A DNA stretch of 64,000 nt from Takakia lepidozioides (lineage: Eukaryota; Plantae; Bryophyta): NCBI GenBank assembly GCA_030704615.1, contig CM060732.1, positions 18,972,001-19,036,000 of the forward strand, written 5' to 3'. Under the pieces are notes generated by a model that had not been told where the DNA came from, did no database searches, and was given only the letters and a program-made list of their open reading frames with translations. Positions 59,375 to 64,000 of the stretch are shown in pieces; position 1 is the stretch's first letter; every line of letters starts with the position of its first letter. A program made the translations under genes and the position numbers.

Positions 59375-62300
59375 CTACAGTTCAAGCAGAGAAGTAATGG
59401 TATGAAATCCATGATCAGAAGGGAGAGGAGCATTCCCAGGTCGTAGCAGAATCACCGTCTGTAAACCTGCCAGAATCATAACAGTCATGTTTGCTGCAGA
59501 ATCTGTTCTACACCATATGGTGTCATTATGGTACTAAAGCTCCCTGCCCTCTACAAACATTCTCTCTAGCTTCAACCACTGATATGAAAAAAGGAATGGA
59601 GAAACTGAGCATAATGGTAAGGATTACCAAGCACAACTGAAACTTTAGTCTTCAATACTCACCTGCCTGCTTTGCAGCCACAGCTTCACCCAGCACATCC
59701 GTGGCAAATGTGACCAAACTAGGAGTGTCAACTCCAACTGACAAACAAATCTCTGAGTAGCTCCGAGCCTCCTTCTTATTTCTGTCTCCCCATACCGCCA
59801 CACCCCTTCAGGGAATCCTCTCTCACACTGACTCTAGCTCTGTGGGCAAGCAAAGTCTCTCTTCCCATTATCACTTTGACCGTTGATTGTCTATCAAGAT
59901 TGAATCATCTCAGCTCTCAGAGTGGGCATATGTTGGATTGCTGTTAAGTGTGGACATCAACACTTTAGACAGATATGTATTGTAAGCAACTAGTAAGAAA
60001 AATACATGCTGGACAGCAACAAGCATACAAATTGAGGAAAAGTGAGAGGAACACTCACCCAATTGTGGTATCAAAGAAGCCAGATAGGTAAGACCGTAGA
60101 TCCCCATACTTTGTGTTCCCAAAAATCAGCCTCTGTGCCTCTCGACTTCCACTAGAGTAGATGTACGTCTTAATGTTTCGAGAATGCCACTCTGACAGAG
60201 CCTTGGGCACATCATCAAAAAACTCGCCTTGCAGCTCCCCTTCCGCATATCCAACTCTCCAAATGTGGCCCTGGCCATCCCGCCTAACCAAGCTTAAGGT
60301 ACATTTTGAAGTTGCACACCACAATTACCAATGCCAAATTCCCCCAAGTCTTCTAAACTGGTGCTAGACCCACTGACTATTGAATTGTTACCTTCAGGAT
60401 CACTGGCCCAACAAAGGTAAGTGCGAATTATTTTATGATGGCAGACTCAACTATGCACACCTGCAGCTGTTTCAGTGCCGTAATTTTGCGATCAGCTTTG
60501 ATCATTGACAGAATATTCCTCTCCAGAGCAACAACCACCACTTCCATCCCAGCATCATCTGGAGGGATAGCCACAGCTTCTGCAAGTCCTTGCTCCAAAT
60601 CCTCCTTCACCTGGCAAAGTCAACAAGGATCAAGCTGATGTTGGCAGCTGTCCTTCTCCATTTGACCAGATGATTTCTTGCCATGGCCACTCTAGCGAGA
60701 GTGAAGTGAGATTAGCAAAGAGTATTTTCAAGTTAGCTGGACTCACTATCTTCTAGTTATTCCAACACTGTAACCTGCTATTTGTTTGTTCTCCAAATAA
60801 CCCCTCACAGATTATCATAAGGAGATTGCCTACATCCATTTTCAACACACTCTTGTTGTACATATTTCTGGCTAGAATAGCCTCGCCAGTTGAGTGCCCA
60901 ACTACCGTCCTCGTGGCTGCCAATGGGGGAGTGTTAGACGACTCCAAAGGTGGAAGTCCCCTCTTGCAATCCAGATAATTCATCCAAAAATATGTAAATA
61001 GACATCTGAGTTGCACAACCAGTACCTGCTGGCGGAGAAGCTGGATATCATTCTGTGTTTCTTGTGTGGCGTATGTTGAACGCAAGTGGGTACCCACGTG
61101 CTCCTTTGCATATGGGAATAAGACATCCGCTACAAATGAGATGGGTGTGGTAGTTCCCTCTATGTCCAATACAATCACTTGCTGCAATGCATATTTAACA
61201 CTATCAGTGCTAAACCCTTGATCAGCCTGCACCACACAAATTCCACCCTTTCACTGATTGTCAGTAGTGGGGAGAGACACGCCTTTGTCGCTTCTTGCCA
61301 TGTCTTTTCCTTCACTTGCTGGATGTTTGATGAAGAGTTTTCTCATGATGTTGGATCAGGAGTCTTACCCCTTTCCTCTTAGAAGAGAGAAAGAGAGACA
61401 AAAGAAAGTAACTCTAGAGAACGACAGAGAGCATTTTACAGGCGCATGCCAACGATTCTTCAATTTGATCTCTGAGTGAGCCCTGATAAGCAACAACCAC
61501 CGCCAATGAGACCTAGCAGACTAACATCCAGACAGACACACTGGGCTCACATAAGGAAGGACTCTAGGGGGCTCAGAAAGCGGGACTTACAGGGCAAACT
61601 AAACTTTCTTTAAACGCTCCATTTCTCTGGGTCACCACCTCACCATTAGCGGCAGATAGAGAGGCAGGGTGAGAAGGAGTTCGTAAGAGAGGGCCGTGCT
61701 TGGGGTCTGCAGGATCAAGACCAAGTTGGTGTAGCCTGATGGCGGCATCGAAGAGGTAGTGGTAGCATTCTGCCTGTTCTGTCATCACACACCGCACACC
61801 AAAACACTGCACTAAGAAGCTGCCGGTTGATCAAGGGCTCCCGACTAGTTTCTCCAACATTGCTTGCAACCCTGTGCCTAATCTGTCCATCCCTCCATCT
61901 CTCTGCTGGTCAATTTTTATAGAGAGTTTATAGACAGTTTTCATAGACAGTTTGGCTGGCAGTATGTACAGGACGAGGCCTAGTAACCTGCCACCAAGCA
62001 GCAATAAAAGGAGTTGCCATGGATGGTGTCTATTACCTGAGTCTTCGCAGTGATCCAGGAATCACCCCATATATAAATGCCATGGTTCCTGACTAGCACT
62101 GCCGTTGCCTTTGGGTATGCTGCAATCTGTTGCATCAGCCATCCCATTTGAATTATGGGACTCATCAAATAGTACCTTGCGATCCATCTACATAGTCGTG
62201 TCATGTACACTATATCCCACATCATCGCAAATATGCGGGAGGGATGTATTCTGAGTAGTCACAGGGGAGCCCTGGGGAGTCTGTCTAAGAGAGAGACAAA

Positions 62301-63716
62301 CAAACTCCACAGGGGGTGACATGATGACAAAGCAACAGTATATTAACCCTACACAGCAGAACCAAGTAACCCCCTCATAAATCAAAAGCCTGGCACTGTC
62401 ATTTTCCAGACATTTCACTGTTTTCTTGGCAGAAAGGAAACACTGCGTGTGGAAGTGCAAGACAACTTACCGCCTCTGCTAGAGAATCAGTGAGTTCATA
62501 TTCTCGCGCTGAGTTCTCGATAATGGGAACGACAAGCTCATCATAGTATCCGTGTCCTATAATTCCTTTAATCATCTCCATGTGTGTTATCTGTAGCACA
62601 GTGATGACAGACAAACCAATTTATTGTTTTCTAGTGTTCACCATAAAAGTTGGAGTTTGTACTGTAAAAACATGTTACATTTCAGTGACTAACACAATGA
62701 CTCACAGAAGAAAGACCTTCCAGAATTAGTGAACAAATATAAGTCCCTCATTTAATTAAGTCCCTCTAAAGATATTGCCAGACAGTGCAATCTTTGCAAG
62801 AGGGTCCAAAGAACTGCTCCTCGTCATATTCACACCCACATCACCTCCTTTAGACCCAAATCTCTAAAAGGGAGTTACTCAATTTTGTGTGGCCAATTTG
62901 AATATGTAAACCTGGTTGACTTGCTTACATTTTGAGGGTTTTCAGTGGTAAGGGGCAGAACTAAGCCAAGACAGCTCTAAATTACAGACAGAACACAAGA
63001 GGAGTGAGATACCCGAAACTCTGTGGCAAAGGGGTTGATCATAGTTGCAAGGCATGACTCCAGCCCATGACTATGGATGACAGCTCCAGCATTTCGCATT
63101 TGATATGCCTACAGATCTCCATACATATAATCAACTGAAATTAGTCTCATTGCAGTAATGGCTGGCATTCTCACAAATCATACATCCCACCAGGCTTTAG
63201 ACCACTGCCAACCACATGCAAGACAGGTCCCCCGTCTCACAAACATACAAGTCCTTAAAGAATACTCTTTTACACTCAAATGCCAGTTCAAACACGAAAA
63301 AACAATGTATGGTGCCAAGCCGCCTCATAGACCCCATGATATTCCGTTACAGAGTCAGGTAAAGAGTAGAAGAGAACTTCGTGTAACTAGGACGATTGGG
63401 ATTTGGACCACTCTGCTCGGCTGGCTTGTTCATTCCGAAAGACGGAGTGTCCCCATTTAGTGTCCCAAGTGTTTGGCTGTCAGCTTATTGGCCAAAGCCC
63501 TAGATCTAGGTTTGAGTGGAGTGATAACTATAGACTGGGCTTGACATGCGAGGCTCAACAGGAGGGCGTGAGAGAAGACCTTCAAAAACAAGGGGCCACA
63601 TTCACTGCATTTGGGGGGCCTGTGAGGTGCCAGCTTTGGTGAGGGAGATGACAAGACTGTGCCATCAGATGCCAGCACGTACATATCAGCAGGCTCCATC
63701 CGCTCTTTCTGCACCC
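59375..63716 (-). CDS. DEP1: Bifunctional methylthioribulose-1-phosphate dehydratase / enolase-phosphatase E1 (methionine salvage), 5' end outside window; exons 63716-63580, 63108-63013, 62590-62471, 62126-62037, 61773-61591, 61181-61026, 60610-60461, 60270-60059, 59781-59663, 59466-59375
   Basis: [69 protein letters not shown] and LRPGNAPL; all introns GT-AG in phase. Confidence 0.95.
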
Positions 63717-64000
63717 CTGTTCCTCCGAGTCATCAGCGTTGGCACACAACTAAATATGTTAGACAATTTTGTTTTGCTTCATTCACCCCTCATTATCCAT
63801 CAAGGTAAACTTTATACATGCCTTCAGTTTCTCGATACATTAGATATGTCTTGAACAATATGCTTCATCATCCCCCTTGCGAGCACACTGGTTGCAGTGG
63901 TGCACCAGACTTGGTCAACAACATAACTTCCTCAATTACCATAACTCACACAGTCAACGGTTCATCCTGAATTGTGTCTTCAGAAAACAGACCCACCTTC

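Overview
Eukaryotic nuclear DNA from a land plant. A non-seed plant is likely, inferred from the GT-AG introns, the VQ, DUF26 and DEP1 genes, and a DNMT-bearing Gypsy. The left ~49 kb is a nested, rearranged transposon block. The right ~15 kb is ordinary gene space: an intronless VQ-motif gene with a W-box-dense promoter, a 5-exon DUF493 gene and the 3' 10 exons of DEP1. Main observations: (1) A Ty3/Gypsy retrotransposon encoding C5-cytosine DNA methyltransferase + RT + RNase H + integrase + PHD finger is split in two. The DNMT half is at 38774-40087 (-) and the RT-to-LTR half at 4915-9035 (+). An apparent ~33.9-kb inversion explains this: its junctions both contain TCGAGG, and flipping it back also rejoins a 1-kb satellite almost exactly. 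(2) Two complementary, decayed copies of a large composite hAT unit carry a BED/DUF659/hATC transposase, GCGACC hairpin arrays, a ~850-aa RING-H2 cargo gene whose promoter/leader is paralogous to the transposase's, and a higher-order 1-kb satellite. (3) A TTAA-flanked piggyBac-like non-autonomous element. (4) A co-oriented mosaic of host exon fragments (LACS, VPS45, others). (5) An apparently intact single-DUF26, probably GPI-anchored protein gene embedded among the TEs. All calls come from reading the sequence by eye; no database searches were run.
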